Shown: positions 49,471 through 60,799 of the stretch, piece by piece
Layout of the letters: the number at the start of each line of letters is the position of its first letter
How positions within the stretch are numbered: the stretch's first letter is position 1
DNA from: an uncultured Actinomycetota bacterium
GTDB taxonomy: Bacteria; Actinomycetota; Actinomycetes; JAHEKZ01
NCBI GenBank assembly: GCA_963718235.1
Contig: CAVQYR010000002.1
Span: 608,001 to 672,000 of the forward strand
Direction: 5' to 3'
Length of the DNA: 64,000 bases
Position numbers and translations under genes: made by a program
The notes under the pieces: model-generated
The model's database searches: none
What the model was told of the DNA's origin: nothing
Seen by the model: only the letters and a program-made list of their open reading frames with translations

Positions 49471-51139
49471 GTGACTCCCGCCGAACTCGCCCTCGCCGTA
49501 CGAGGTGCCCTCGAAGCCGCCTTGGCAGACGGTGATCTCGTCGTCACCGACCCCGTGTCGACGGTCGAGGTGCGGGTCGAGCGACCCCGACAGAAGGACC
49601 ACGGTGACTACGCGACGAACCTCGCGCTCACCCTGGCCAAGGGCGCTGGTCGTCCTCCGCGGGAGGTCGCCGAGGTCCTGGCCGCCCACCTGTCGAGGGT
49701 GCCCGGCGTGGCCCGGGTCGACGTGGCCGGTCCAGGCTTCCTGAACATCACGCTGGACGCCGCCGCCCAAGGTGAGCTGGCCCGGGTCATCGTCGGCGAG
49801 GGCGCCCGCTACGGCAGCAACGAGACCCTCTCGGGCAGGCACATCAACCTGGAGTTCGTCTCCGCCAACCCGACGGGTCCGATTCACCTGGGCGGCACGC
49901 GATGGGCGGCGGTCGGGGACTCGCTGGCTCGGATCCTCGCCGCCAGTGGGGCGAAGGTCGCCCGCGAGTACTACTTCAACGACCACGGGGCGCAGATCGA
50001 CCGCTTCGCGCGGTCACTTGCTGGCTCGCGCACAGGGTGCCGACGTCCCGGAAGACGGTTACGCGGGCCAGTACATCGACGACATCGCGGGGCGCGTCGT
50101 GGCCGCCGTCCCTGATGTGTTGGACCTGCCGACTGCCGAGGCTCAGGAAGTCTTTCGTGTGCAGGGCGTCTCGATGATGTTCGACGAGATCAAGGAAACC
50201 CTGGCCGACTTCGGCGTCCACTTCGACGTCTACTTCCACGAGAACTCCCTGCACGAGTCAGGAGCGGTCCAGCATGCTGTCGATCGGCTCCGTGAGCTCG
50301 GGCACATCTATGAGAGCGACGGTGCGGTCTGGCTGCGTACCAGCGCCTTCGGGGACGACAAGGACCGCGTCGTCATCAAGGGTGACGGAACGCCCGCCTA
50401 CATCTCCGGCGACCTCGCCTACTACCTCGACAAGCGCGAGCGCGGCTTCGACCAGGTGATCATCATGCTCGGCGCGGACCATCATGGGTACATCGGGCGA
50501 ATGATGGCCATGTGCCGGTGTTTCGGCGACACGCCCCACGAGAACCTCGAGATCCTGATCGGGCAGATGGTCAACCTCGTGCGCGACGGCAAGCCCCTTC
50601 GGATGAGCAAGCGGGCAGGCACGGTCGTGACGCTCGAAGACCTGGTCGACGCGGTCGGTGTCGACGCGGCGCGCTACGCGCTGACCCGGTCGTCGGCTGA
50701 CTCCTCGATCGACATCGACCTCGACCTGTTGGCGCGACAGACCAACGACAACCCGGTCTTCTACGTGCAGTACGCCCATGCGCGGATCTCGTCGTTGCTG
50801 CGCAACGCCGGCGACCTCGGGCTCACCGTCGACCTCGACGGCTTCCGGCCGGAGCTGCTGAGCACCGACCAGGAGGGCGCCCTGCTCGGAGCACTCGGGG
50901 AGTTCCCGCGGGTCGTGGCGTCGGCAGCAGAGCTCCGCGAGCCGCACCGGGTCGCTCGCTACCTGGAGGGGCTGGCCACCGCCTACCACCGCTTCTACGA
51001 CACCTGCCGGGTCCTGCCCCGTGGCGACGAGGTCGTCGACGACACGATGCGCGCTCGCCTCGTGCTCACCGCGGCGACCCGCCAGGTCCTGGCCAACGGG
51101 CTCGAGCTGCTCGGAGTCAGCGCTCCCGAGCGGATGTAG
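49471..51139 (+). CDS. argS: Arginine--tRNA ligase, one frameshift near 50018
   Basis: [21 protein letters not shown] in the first frame; [26 protein letters not shown] in the second. An extra T at 50018-50019 splits them. Confidence 0.93.
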
Positions 51140-51172
51140 CCCGTCACGCGTCGTGCGGCCTAGGGTCACCCC

Positions 51173-51550
51173 ATGGCCGACTTCGAGCCGGTGTTCCAGA
51201 CGCTTCGCGCCATCCTCGAGCCGTACGCCGAGGAGATGGAAGTCAACGCCGACACCCCGACCGAGTACGGGCTGCAGACCCACTGGCGCCGGCCCGAGGA
51301 CGGCTACCCGGGGTACTTCGGGTCGGTCAGGAGGGGCAAGCGCTACGTGTCCTTCCACCTGATGCCCGTCTATGCGTTCCCAAACCTGCTCGAGGACGTC
51401 TCCCCGGATCTGCTCCGACGGATGCAGGGCAAGTCCTGCTTCAACTTCACCAGGACCGACGACGCGCTGTTCTCCGAGCTGAGGGCGCTCACCCAGCGAG
51501 GCTATGAGGCCTATGCATCAGCCGGACGGCTCGACGACGGGGGCCGCTGA
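51173..51550 (+). CDS. DUF1801/YdhG-like small protein
   Basis: YFGSVRRGKRYVSFHLMPVY...RMQGKSCFNF. Confidence 0.7.
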   Translation: MADFEPVFQTLRAILEPYAEEMEVNADTPTEYGLQTHWRRPEDGYPGYFGSVRRGKRYVSFHLMPVYAFPNLLEDVSPDLLRRMQGKSCFNFTRTDDALFSELRALTQRGYEAYASAGRLDDGGR

Positions 51551-51562
51551 GAGACTGGGCGG

Positions 51563-53016
51563 ATGCGCGCCCACCCCGCCGGACCGTTGCACGCCGACCT
51601 CCTGAGCGAGCCGGGTCCGAGCAGCCCACCGGGCGACGTCAACGCACTGGGGGACGGGCTGTGGCCGGCCGCCACCGCGCGGTCGGACGCCGGTGAGCTG
51701 ACCCTGCACGGCCGCCCGGTCACGGACCTGGCGGGCACCTTCGGCTCCCCGGTCCTCCTCCTCGACGAGGCCGACTTCCGTCGTCGAGCACGGGAGTTCC
51801 ACGACGTGTTCGGGGCGAACGTCAACTACGCCGGCAAGGCCTTCCTGACCACCGACGTCGCGCGGTGGGTGGCCGAGTGCGGTCTGGGTCTCGATGTCGC
51901 CACCGGGGGAGAGCTGTCGGTAGCGCTTCGGGCCGGGTTCCCCCCGGACCGCTTGCTCATGCACGGCAACAACAAGTCGGTGGGTGAGCTGCGCAAGGCC
52001 CTGGAGGTGGGAGTCGGTCGGATCGTGGTCGACTCCTTCGAGGAGATCGACCGACTGACTGCGCTCGCCCGCGAGCACGGTGTCCGCCCCGCGTGCTGGT
52101 GCGAGTGACGGTCGGGGTCGAGGCCCACACCCACGAGTTCATCGCGACCGCCCATGAGGATCAGAAGTTCGGCTTCTCCCTCGTGGGTGGCGCGGCTGCC
52201 GAAGCCGTCGCTGCGGTCCTGGGGCAGCCGACGCTGCAGCTGGTGGGACTGCACTCACACATCGGGTCGCAGATCTTCGACACCTCCGGGTTCGAGGTGG
52301 CCGCCCATCGGGCGGTGGCGCTTCTGGCTTCGATCCGTGACCGGCACGGCGTCCAGCTTCCTGAGCTCAACCTCGGAGGCGGCCTGGGGATCGCCTACGT
52401 GGAGGGAGACGACCCGCTCGACCTGCGGCGGGTCGGGTCGCAGCTCGCGGACATCGTCGAACGCGAGTGCCGAGGGTTCGGGCTCGACGTCCCGACGCTC
52501 GTGGTCGAGCCGGGTCGGGCCATCGTCGGCCCGACCGCCCTGACCGTGTACGAGGTGGGCACGGTCAAGCCGGTCGAGCTCGATGGCGGGGTGGTGCGGC
52601 ACTACGTGAGTGTCGACGGCGGGATGAGTGACAACGTACGGACCGCTCTCTACGACGCGGAGTACACGACCGTGCTGGCGTCGCGACGTTCTTCGGCGGC
52701 ACCAGTGCTCTGCCGCGTCGTCGGCAAGCACTGTGAGACCGGAGACGTCGTGGTGCACCAGGCGTGGCTGCCGGGAGACATCGTCGCGGGTGACCTGCTC
52801 GCCGTGGCGGCTACCGGTGCCTACTGCCGGTCGATGGCGTCGACCTACAACTTCCTCGGCCGGCCTCCGGTCGTGGCCGTGGACGACAGCGGACGACCGC
52901 CGAGGCTGCTCCTGAGGCGTGAGACCGTCGACGACCTGCTGGCCCTCGACGTGGGAGCACAGGCGCCCATGGGAGGCTTGGCCCCTGACGAGTCCCACGT
53001 GGGAGGCAGAGCATGA
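51563..53016 (+). CDS. lysA: Diaminopimelate decarboxylase, one frameshift near 52090
   Basis: YAGKAF, HGNNKS in the first frame; [30 protein letters not shown] in the second. One C is missing from the run at 52087-52090. Confidence 0.93.
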
Positions 53017-54311
53017 GCGGCCGGGCCCTGACCGTTGCGCTGCTGGGCGCCGGAGTCGTCGGGTCGGAGGTCGCCCGACTGCTCGTCGAGCAGCGCGACG
53101 ACCTCACCGCCCGGGTCGGGGCCCCCCTGGACCTCGTGGGGATCGGCGTCCGGAGGCTCGACGTCGACCGCCGCCTGGACGTCGACCCCGGCCTGTTCAC
53201 CTCCGACCTGGTCGGGCTCATCCGTGACCGCCGCCCCGACATCGTGGTCGAGGTGCTCGGGGGCATCGAGCCGGCGCGGACGCTGATCCTCGAGGCGTTC
53301 GGGGTCGGCGCCGGTGTCGTGACCGCGAACAAAGCCCTCCTCGCCGAGGACGGCCCCGTGCTCTACGAGGCATCGGCCCGGGAACGACTCGACCTCTACT
53401 ACGAGGCGAGCGTGGCCGGGGCCATCCCCCTGCTGCGTCCGCTGCGCGAGTCGCTCGTGGGCGACCGGGTCCAGCGAGTGCTGGGCATCGTCAACGGGAC
53501 CACGAACTACATCCTGACCAGGATGGACGAGTCGGGCGCCGCCTTCGCCGATGCCCTGTCCGAGGCGCAGGCGCTCGGCTACGCCGAGGCCGACCCGACC
53601 GCCGACATCGAGGGGTACGACGCTGCCGCAAAGGCCGCGATCATCGCTGCGCTCGCGTTCCACTCACGGGTGGGGATCTCCGACGTCTACCGCGAGGGCA
53701 TCAGCGGCGTCACCGCGAACGACGTGGCCGCCGCCCGGGAGACCGGACACGTGATCAAGCTGCTGGCCATCGCCGAGCGCTCCCTCGACGGGCGGGGGAT
53801 CAGCGTGCGGGTCCACCCGGCGATGGTTCCGCGGACGCACCCGCTGGCCGGGGTACGCGACGCCTACAACGCCGTGTTCGTCGAGTCCGAGGCGGCTGGC
53901 CAGCTGATGTTCTACGGGCGCGGCGCCGGCGGTGCTCCAACGGCGTCGGCCGTGCTGGGTGACATCGTGGCCGTCGCACGCAACCGGATCAGCGGGGGCC
54001 ACGGGCCGCGTGAGTCCTCCTACGCGGCGCTCCCCGTGCTGGAGGTGGGAGCCTCGACGACCCGGTACTACGTGGCGGTCGACGTCGCAGACAAGACGGG
54101 AGTGCTGGCGGCCGTGGCCCATGCATTCGCTGAGCACAGCGTCAGCATCGAGACCCTGCGGCAGGACGGTCACGGTGACGAGGCCACCTTGCAGATCGTC
54201 ACGCACGAGGCCAGGGAGTCCGACCTCGCCGCCACCGTCGAGACGCTGCGCGGGCTCGACGTCGTCCGTTCGGTTGCGTCGGTCATGCGCGTGGTGGGTG
54301 AGCACCAGTGA
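53013..54311 (+). CDS. hom: Homoserine dehydrogenase
   Basis: [44 protein letters not shown]-terminal ACT domain. Confidence 0.95.
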   Translation: MSGRALTVALLGAGVVGSEVARLLVEQRDDLTARVGAPLDLVGIGVRRLDVDRRLDVDPGLFTSDLVGLIRDRRPDIVVEVLGGIEPARTLILEAFGVGAGVVTANKALLAEDGPVLYEASARERLDLYYEASVAGAIPLLRPLRESLVGDRVQRVLGIVNGTTNYILTRMDESGAAFADALSEAQALGYAEADPTADIEGYDAAAKAAIIAALAFHSRVGISDVYREGISGVTANDVAAARETGHVIKLLAIAERSLDGRGISVRVHPAMVPRTHPLAGVRDAYNAVFVESEAAGQLMFYGRGAGGAPTASAVLGDIVAVARNRISGGHGPRESSYAALPVLEVGASTTRYYVAVDVADKTGVLAAVAHAFAEHSVSIETLRQDGHGDEATLQIVTHEARESDLAATVETLRGLDVVRSVASVMRVVGEHQ

Positions 54312-55399
54312 GCTCCGCAGAGGTTCGGGCCATGGGACGCACCCACCAGTGGCGTGGGGTCATCGCCGAGTACCGCCAGCGACTCCCGGTCAGCGACTCG
54401 ACGCCGGTGGTCAGCCTGTGTGAGGGCGGCACTCCGCTCGTCCGGGCCAACGTCGTCAGTGAGCTCACCGCCTGTGAGGTGTGGCTCAAGGTCGAAGGGG
54501 CCAACCCGACCGGGTCGTTCAAGGACCGCGGCATGACCCTGGCGATCTCGAAGGCAGCCGAGCAGGGAGCCCAGGCGGTGATCTGCGCCTCGACGGGCAA
54601 CACCAGCGCGAGTGCGGCCGCCTACGCGGTCCGGGCCGGCATGGTGTGCGCCGTCCTGGTCCCATCCGGCAAGATCGCCCTCGGCAAGCTGTCCCAGGCC
54701 CTGGCCCACGGCGCCAAGCTGTTGCAGGTCGACGGCAACTTCGACGAGTGCCTGACCTTGGCCCGAGAGCTCTCCGAGCAGTACCCCGTTGCGCTGGTCA
54801 ACAGCGTGAACCCGGTCCGCATCGAGGGGCAGAAGACTGCAGCCTTCGAGATCGTCGACATGTTGGGTGATGCACCCGACATCCATGCCCTCCCGGTGGG
54901 CAACGCAGGCAACATCACCGCCTACTGGCGCGGCTACTGCGAGTACGCCGCCGACGCGGTCAGCAGCCGTCGACCCCGGATGTGGGGCTACCAGGCGGCC
55001 GGTGCCGCCCCGATCGTTCTCGGGGAGCCGGTCGCCCGTCCGTCGACCATTGCCACGGCGATCCGGATCGGCAACCCGGCCTCGTGGTCCTACGCGGTGG
55101 CCGCCCGCGACGAGTCCGAGGGCCACATCCACTCGGTCACCGACCGGGAGATCCTCAACGCCTACCGCCTGCTCGCCTCGCAGGAGGGCGTGTTCGTCGA
55201 ACCGGCGTCGGGGGCCAGCGTCGCAGGCATCCTCAAGTCGCACGCGGCGGGGCTCCTCGACCCCGGGCAGACGGTGGTCTGCACGGTGACCGGCCACGGC
55301 CTCAAGGACCCGGACTGGGCGATCTCGGGCGCCCCGCAGCCGGTGACCGTGGCCGCCGAGCCACGGGCCGCCGCCGCGGCGCTCGGGCTGGAGGGCTAG
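54308..55399 (+). CDS. thrC: Threonine synthase
   Basis: [34 protein letters not shown]. Alternative start ATG 54332. Confidence 0.95.
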   Translation: MSSAEVRAMGRTHQWRGVIAEYRQRLPVSDSTPVVSLCEGGTPLVRANVVSELTACEVWLKVEGANPTGSFKDRGMTLAISKAAEQGAQAVICASTGNTSASAAAYAVRAGMVCAVLVPSGKIALGKLSQALAHGAKLLQVDGNFDECLTLARELSEQYPVALVNSVNPVRIEGQKTAAFEIVDMLGDAPDIHALPVGNAGNITAYWRGYCEYAADAVSSRRPRMWGYQAAGAAPIVLGEPVARPSTIATAIRIGNPASWSYAVAARDESEGHIHSVTDREILNAYRLLASQEGVFVEPASGASVAGILKSHAAGLLDPGQTVVCTVTGHGLKDPDWAISGAPQPVTVAAEPRAAAAALGLEG

Positions 55400-55410
55400 T
55401 GGGGGCGCCG

Positions 55411-56310
55411 ATGTTCCGTGCCGCCACGTTGCGGGTGCGGGTTCCTGCGTCCAGCGCCAACCTGGGTCCCGGTTACGACACGTTCGGGCTGGCACTGGCT
55501 CTCCACGACGAGGTCGTCGTGCGGGTCGGTGAGGACGGCCTGGACGTCGACGTCGCAGGGGAGGGCGCGGAGAAGGTCCGCCGCGACCGTCGCAACCTGG
55601 TCGTGAAGTCCATGGACAAGGCGTTCGCCGCGCTGGGTGGTCGTCCCCGGGGCCTGGAGGTGCGGTGCCTGAACCGGATCCCGCACGGGCGGGGTCTTGG
55701 CTCCTCGGCCGCGGCCGTGGTCGCCGGCATCACGGCGGCGCGGGCACTGACCGTGGGTGGCGACGAGCGGCTGCCGGAGTCGGCCGTCCTGGCGCTGGCG
55801 GCTTCGATGGAGGGCCACCCGGACAACGTCGCCGCCACGCTCTCGGGAGGGTTCACCCTCGCATGGACGAGTGACTCCGAGGTGCGCAGCCTGTCGCTTC
55901 GTCCGTCGCCACACGTGGTGCCGGTGGCCTTCATCCCGGCCACGCAGGTGCCGACCACCAAGGCACGTAGGGCGCTTCCGGAGCTCGTGCCGCACCAGGA
56001 CGCCGCAACCAACAGCGCACGCGCGGCGCTGCTGGTCGAGGCCATCACCCATCGTCCGGACCTGCTCCTCACAGCGACCGAGGACCTGCTCCATCAGGAG
56101 TACCGGCGGTCGGTGATGCCGCGATCGCTCGCGCTGGTCGACCAGCTGCGGGCGGCCGGCCACCCCGCGGTGGTGTCCGGGGCGGGGCCGTCGGTGCTGG
56201 TCCTCGCTGCTGACGAAGCGGTCGACGCTCTGCTCACCAAGGCTCCCCGGGGGTGGCGGGTCGAGGTGCTCGGCGTCGACAACGACGGCGTCCAGGTCCT
56301 GCCGCTGTGA
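55411..56310 (+). CDS. thrB: Homoserine kinase
   Basis: VPASSANLGPGYD, IPHGRGLGSSAA, EGHPDN, SGAGPS. Confidence 0.95.
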   Translation: MFRAATLRVRVPASSANLGPGYDTFGLALALHDEVVVRVGEDGLDVDVAGEGAEKVRRDRRNLVVKSMDKAFAALGGRPRGLEVRCLNRIPHGRGLGSSAAAVVAGITAARALTVGGDERLPESAVLALAASMEGHPDNVAATLSGGFTLAWTSDSEVRSLSLRPSPHVVPVAFIPATQVPTTKARRALPELVPHQDAATNSARAALLVEAITHRPDLLLTATEDLLHQEYRRSVMPRSLALVDQLRAAGHPAVVSGAGPSVLVLAADEAVDALLTKAPRGWRVEVLGVDNDGVQVLPL

Positions 56311-56583
56311 CCGGCGCCACGGCGTGCGGTCGACACCGCGCCACCCGTTCGGCCCACGACACGACACCGGTTCGGACCCGGGGGGAAGGTCTGGGGCGCT
56401 CGAGGTGTTACGGTAGGTGCGTATCCCGGCACGGTTGATTCCTGCTGGTGGTACTCCCCGCCGCGACGCGATCGTTCTCGCGCCTCGCGGCCCCTGAACC
56501 CCCCGCCGTGCGGCCTGTCCGGCGTACCCGAGGGGTGCTTCGAAGGCGAGCGCTTTCTCGCCGTCCGCTCGGAAGGACTCTGT

Positions 56584-58402
56584 GTGAGCGACACCCAGCT
56601 CGACACCACGGCTGCCGACGCAGCCCCCGCCACGACCCGTGCTTCCGGCACGCGCAAGACCTCGACCGGCTCCCGCGGCAACGGTCTGTCGACCATGCTG
56701 CTGCCTGAGCTGCAGGCCATGGCCTCCGGACTCGGCATCAGCGGCACCGGCCGGATGCGCAAGAGCCAGCTGGTCGACGCGATCTCCGCGCACCAGGCCT
56801 CCAGCCGGGCGGCCCGCCCGGCCACCGACGCCGCGGGCGGTTCGGCGACCGACGCCGCAGCCGGTGCTGCATCCGGCAAGGCCACTGGTGCTCGGCGCGA
56901 GACCCGGTCCGACACCCCGCCGGAGAACCGGCCGGACACCTCCGCTGAAGGGCGCAGGGAGACCGCGTCGACCTCGGCCGGGCAGTCCGGGACCACCCAG
57001 CGACCCCCGCGCGAGCGCGGAACAGAGCAGCCAGCAGCAGACCCAGCAGCAGACCCAGCAGCAGACCCAGCAGCAGACCCAGCAGCAGACCCAGCAGCAG
57101 GGCGCCCGGGACGACGACTACGACAGCGGCGGCAGCCGCAGCAGCCGTCGGCGCCGCCGGGGTCGAGACCGCTACCGCGACCGCGACCGCGACCGGCGTC
57201 CCGCATCGGGGCGCGACCGGTACGACGCCGCCGAGCCGCAGCTCAACGAGGGCGACGTCGTGGTGCCCGTGGCCGGGATCCTCGACGTCCTCGACAACTA
57301 CGCGTTCGTCCGCACGTCGGGGTACCTATCCGGGCCCAACGACGTCTACGTCTCGTTGGCCCAGGTCCGCAAGCACGGCCTGCGTCGCGGCGACGCGATC
57401 ACCGGCGCGGTGCGCCAACAGGCCGAGGGCGAGCGACGCGAGAAGTTCAACGCGCTCGTGCGGCTCGACACCGTCAACGGCCTGGAGCCCGATGCCGCCC
57501 GTCAGCGGGCCGACTTCTCCAAGCTCACCCCGCTGTACCCGCAGGAGCGACTGCGACTCGAGACCGAGCCCCAGCTGCTGACGACCCGGGTCATCGACCT
57601 GGTGGCGCCGATCGGCAAGGGCCAGCGCGGTCTGATCGTGTCTCCGCCCAAGGCCGGCAAGACCATGGTGCTCCAGTCGATCGCCAACGCGATCACGACG
57701 AACAACCCTGAGGTCCACCTCATGGTCGTCCTCGTCGACGAACGCCCCGAAGAGGTCACCGACATGCAGCGCACGGTGAAGGGTGAGGTCATCGCCTCCA
57801 CCTTCGACCGTCCGGCGGAGGACCACACGACCGTGGCCGAGCTCGCGATCGAGCGGGCGAAGCGGCTGGTCGAGATGGGCCACGACGTCGTCGTGCTGCT
57901 CGACTCGATCACCCGCCTCGGCCGGGCGTACAACCTGGCGGCGCCGGCATCGGGTCGCATCCTGTCCGGTGGTGTCGACTCCTCGGCGCTGTACCCGCCC
58001 AAGCGGTTCTTCGGTGCTGCGCGCAACATCGAGCACGGTGGTTCGTTGACCGTGCTCGCGACGGCGCTCGTGGAGACCGGGTCCAAGATGGACGAAGTCA
58101 TCTTCGAGGAGTTCAAGGGCACCGGAAACATGGAGCTCAAGCTCGACCGGAAGCTGGCGGACAAGCGCGTCTTCCCTGCGGTCGACGTCGACCCGTCCGG
58201 CACCCGCAAAGAGGAGCTGCTCCTCGGAGCTGACGAGCTCAAGGTGGTCTGGAAGCTTCGTCGGGTCCTGCACGCACTCGACGGCCAGCAGTCGATCGAG
58301 CTGCTGCTGAACAAGCTGCGTGAGACCAAGAGCAACGCCGAGTTCCTGATGCAGGTGCAGAAGACCACCCCCGGTGGCCTGGCAGCCAGCGACGACGACT
58401 GA
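56584..58402 (+). CDS. rho: Transcription termination factor Rho, one frameshift near 57020
   Basis: N-terminal [13 protein letters not shown]...RKSQLVDAI; then [44 protein letters not shown] in the +1 frame. Confidence 0.95.
57032..57100 (+). repeat. Perfect 12-bp tandem repeat (CAGCAGCAGACC) x5.75 encoding (QQQT)5QQQ within rho
   Basis: Read directly from the sequence. Confidence 0.95.
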
Positions 58403-58525
58403 GCCGGTCAGCGCGGCATTTGGACCTGAGGTTCTCGGCTGGAATACTTGGCCGACCGGCTCCGGTTCACGGTGTGGGCAGTCGGCCCCCATCGACCCGG
58501 CGGCTGTCATCGACGAGGAGATCCC

Positions 58526-58732
58526 GTGAAGCCCGACATTCACCCGACGTACGTGAACACCGAGGTCACCTGTACCTGTGGCAACACGTTCACGACCCGC
58601 AGCACCGCCAAGAACGGCGTGATCCACGCTGATGTCTGCAGCAGCTGCCACCCGTTCTACACGGGCAAGCAGAAGATCCTGGACACCGGCGGCCGGGTCG
58701 CCCGCTTCGAGAAGCGGTACGGCAAGAAGTAG
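58526..58732 (+). CDS. rpmE: 50S ribosomal protein L31 (zinc-binding C+ type)
   Basis: MKPDIHPTY...CTCGN...[13 protein letters not shown]; GAGGAG RBS. Confidence 0.97.
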   Translation: MKPDIHPTYVNTEVTCTCGNTFTTRSTAKNGVIHADVCSSCHPFYTGKQKILDTGGRVARFEKRYGKK

Positions 58733-58740
58733 CGACGTCG

Positions 58741-58786
58741 ACGGCGTCGGTCGGGCGAACCGCCCGCACCGGCGCCGTTCGCTTTG
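58741..58786 (+). terminator. GC-rich hairpin after rpmE (possible intrinsic terminator or stabiliser)
   Basis: ACGGCGTCGGT-CGGGCG-AAC-CGCCCG-C-ACCGGCGCCGT followed by TCGCTTT. Confidence 0.5.
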
Positions 58787-58807
58787 CCCGGATCGCGAGG
58801 AGGCCCC

Positions 58808-59881
58808 ATGTTCGAGCAGGTCGAGACGCTCGTCACCGAGCGCGCCGAGCTCGAACGGCGCCTGACCGACCCCGCGGTCCACGCCGACCAGGGGCTGGCC
58901 CGACGGCTGGGCCGACGCTATGCCGAGCTCGGTCCAGTGGTCTCCACCTACCTCGAGTGGCGCGAGGTCGGAGGCGATCTCCAGGCCGCCGAGGAGCTGG
59001 TCGGCGCCGATGCGTCGTTCCGCGACGAGGCCGACGCGTTGACCCGCCGTCAGGCCGAGCTCGGGGAACAGCTGCGACGCCTGCTCCTGCCCCGTGACCC
59101 GCACGACGCCAAGGACGTCATCGTGGAGGTCAAGGCCGGGGAGGGTGGCGAGGAGTCGGCGCTGTTCGCCGGCGACCTCCTGCGGATGTACCTGCGCTAC
59201 GCCGAGCGCCGTGGGTGGCAGTCGGAGGTCCTTTCGGCGACCGAGTCCGACCTCGGCGGCTACAAGGACGTCGCCGTCGCAGTGAAGTCCCGGGGGGTCC
59301 CCGAGGGCGGACACGGCGTGTGGTCCAGGCTGAAGTACGAGGGTGGGGTGCACCGGGTGCAGCGGGTGCCGGTCACCGAGAGCCAGGGTCGGATCCACAC
59401 CTCTGCCGCGGGCGTTCTCGTCCTGCCCGAGGCCGAGGACGTCGACGTCGAGATCGACCCGAACGACCTGCGGATCGACGTCTTCCGCAGCTCCGGACCC
59501 GGAGGGCAGAGCGTCAACACCACGGACTCCGCCGTTCGGATCACCCACGTGCCGAGCGGGATCGTGGTCAGCTGCCAGAACGAGAAGAGCCAGCTGCAGA
59601 ACAAGGAGCAGGCCATGCGCATCCTGCGGGCGCGGATGCTGGCCGTCGCCCAGGAGGAGGCCGACCGCGAGGCGGCCGACACCCGGCGGTCCCAGGTACG
59701 TACGGTCGACCGCTCCGAGCGCATCCGGACCTACAACTTCGCCGAGAACCGGATCGCCGACCACCGAGTCGGGTACAAGGCGTACAACCTCGACGCCGTG
59801 CTCGACGGCGACCTCGATGCGGTCATCGACGCCTGTGTCGATGCCGACGAGCAGGCGAAGCTGACCGAGGGCGGACCGTGA
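58808..59881 (+). CDS. prfA: Peptide chain release factor 1
   Basis: [11 protein letters not shown] (PxT motif), [15 protein letters not shown]. Confidence 0.96.
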   Translation: MFEQVETLVTERAELERRLTDPAVHADQGLARRLGRRYAELGPVVSTYLEWREVGGDLQAAEELVGADASFRDEADALTRRQAELGEQLRRLLLPRDPHDAKDVIVEVKAGEGGEESALFAGDLLRMYLRYAERRGWQSEVLSATESDLGGYKDVAVAVKSRGVPEGGHGVWSRLKYEGGVHRVQRVPVTESQGRIHTSAAGVLVLPEAEDVDVEIDPNDLRIDVFRSSGPGGQSVNTTDSAVRITHVPSGIVVSCQNEKSQLQNKEQAMRILRARMLAVAQEEADREAADTRRSQVRTVDRSERIRTYNFAENRIADHRVGYKAYNLDAVLDGDLDAVIDACVDADEQAKLTEGGP

Positions 59882-60795
59882 CGTCGCGCCCCGTGACGTC
59901 GCGCCCTGTGGCGGCCCGGGTCGGGGCGGCCGCGACCCTGCGCGCGGCCCTCGCCGAGGCCGACCAAGCGTTGGCCACAGCTGGGGTCGCGTCACCGCGG
60001 CCCGATGCCGAGGAGCTCGCGTCGCACCTGCTGGGAGTGGGCCGCGCCGAGCTGTGGCGGCACCTCGACGCCGCACCGCCGGCTGGGTTCGGCGACCTCG
60101 TCCAGCGGCGGGCCCTCAGGGTGCCGCTGCAGCACATCACCGGAACGGCGTACTTCCGCCACCTCACCCTCCATGTCGGTCCCGGGGTGTTCGTGCCGCG
60201 ACCGGAGACCGAGGTGGTGGTCGAGCACGCGATCGGGCTGGTGCGGTCGATGGCCGCCGTCCTGCGCGTCGGCCGTCCACTGGTCGCGGTCGACCTGGGC
60301 GCCGGGTCCGGGGCGATCGCCTTGTCCCTCGCCCACGAGGTGCCCGACCTGGAGGTCCATGCCGTGGAGGTCGACCCGGGGGTGATCCCGTGGCTGCGGC
60401 ACAACGCGATGGACACCCGCGTGCAGGTGCACGAGGAGGACCTGGCCGAGACGTTGCCCGGGGTCGACGGGCAGGTGGACCTCGTCGTCTCCAACCCCCC
60501 GTACATCCCGCGGGACGCCATCCCGCGCGACCCGGAGGTCGCTCGATTCGACCCCCCACAGGCCCTCTACTCCGGCATCGACGGGCTGGACCACCTGCGC
60601 GCCGTCGAGCGGGTGGCGCACCGGCTGCTCCGGCCCGGCGGGTACGTCGTCGCCGAGCACGCCGACCAGCAGGGACGCAGCGCCCCTCAGGTGTTCGCTT
60701 CCAGGCCCGGCTGGTCGGACGTCGAGGACCACCCGGACCTCCTGGGCCGGCCGCGCTACGTCGTCGCGCGCCGTGAGCGCTCCAGGGGAGACTGA
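59878..60795 (+). CDS. prmC: Release factor glutamine methyltransferase
   Basis: [31 protein letters not shown]; follows prfA. Confidence 0.94.
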   Translation: MTSRPVTSRPVAARVGAAATLRAALAEADQALATAGVASPRPDAEELASHLLGVGRAELWRHLDAAPPAGFGDLVQRRALRVPLQHITGTAYFRHLTLHVGPGVFVPRPETEVVVEHAIGLVRSMAAVLRVGRPLVAVDLGAGSGAIALSLAHEVPDLEVHAVEVDPGVIPWLRHNAMDTRVQVHEEDLAETLPGVDGQVDLVVSNPPYIPRDAIPRDPEVARFDPPQALYSGIDGLDHLRAVERVAHRLLRPGGYVVAEHADQQGRSAPQVFASRPGWSDVEDHPDLLGRPRYVVARRERSRGD

Positions 60796-60799
60796 CATC

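Noticed and set aside
50000-52110. Programmed ribosomal frameshifting in argS or lysA
   Set aside because: No slippery heptamer or stimulatory signal is visible, I know of no precedent for these genes, and similar indels recur across unrelated genes.
57032-57100. Tandem repeat as a CRISPR array
   Set aside because: The units are 12 bp and contiguous, with no spacers and no cas genes, and they lie inside rho.
57326-60076. 916-aa minus-strand ORF and similar long antisense ORFs (2069-3859, 30004-31731, 38990-40834)
   Set aside because: These are stop-poor shadows of real genes on the opposite strand, as expected in high-GC DNA, and have no recognisable motifs.
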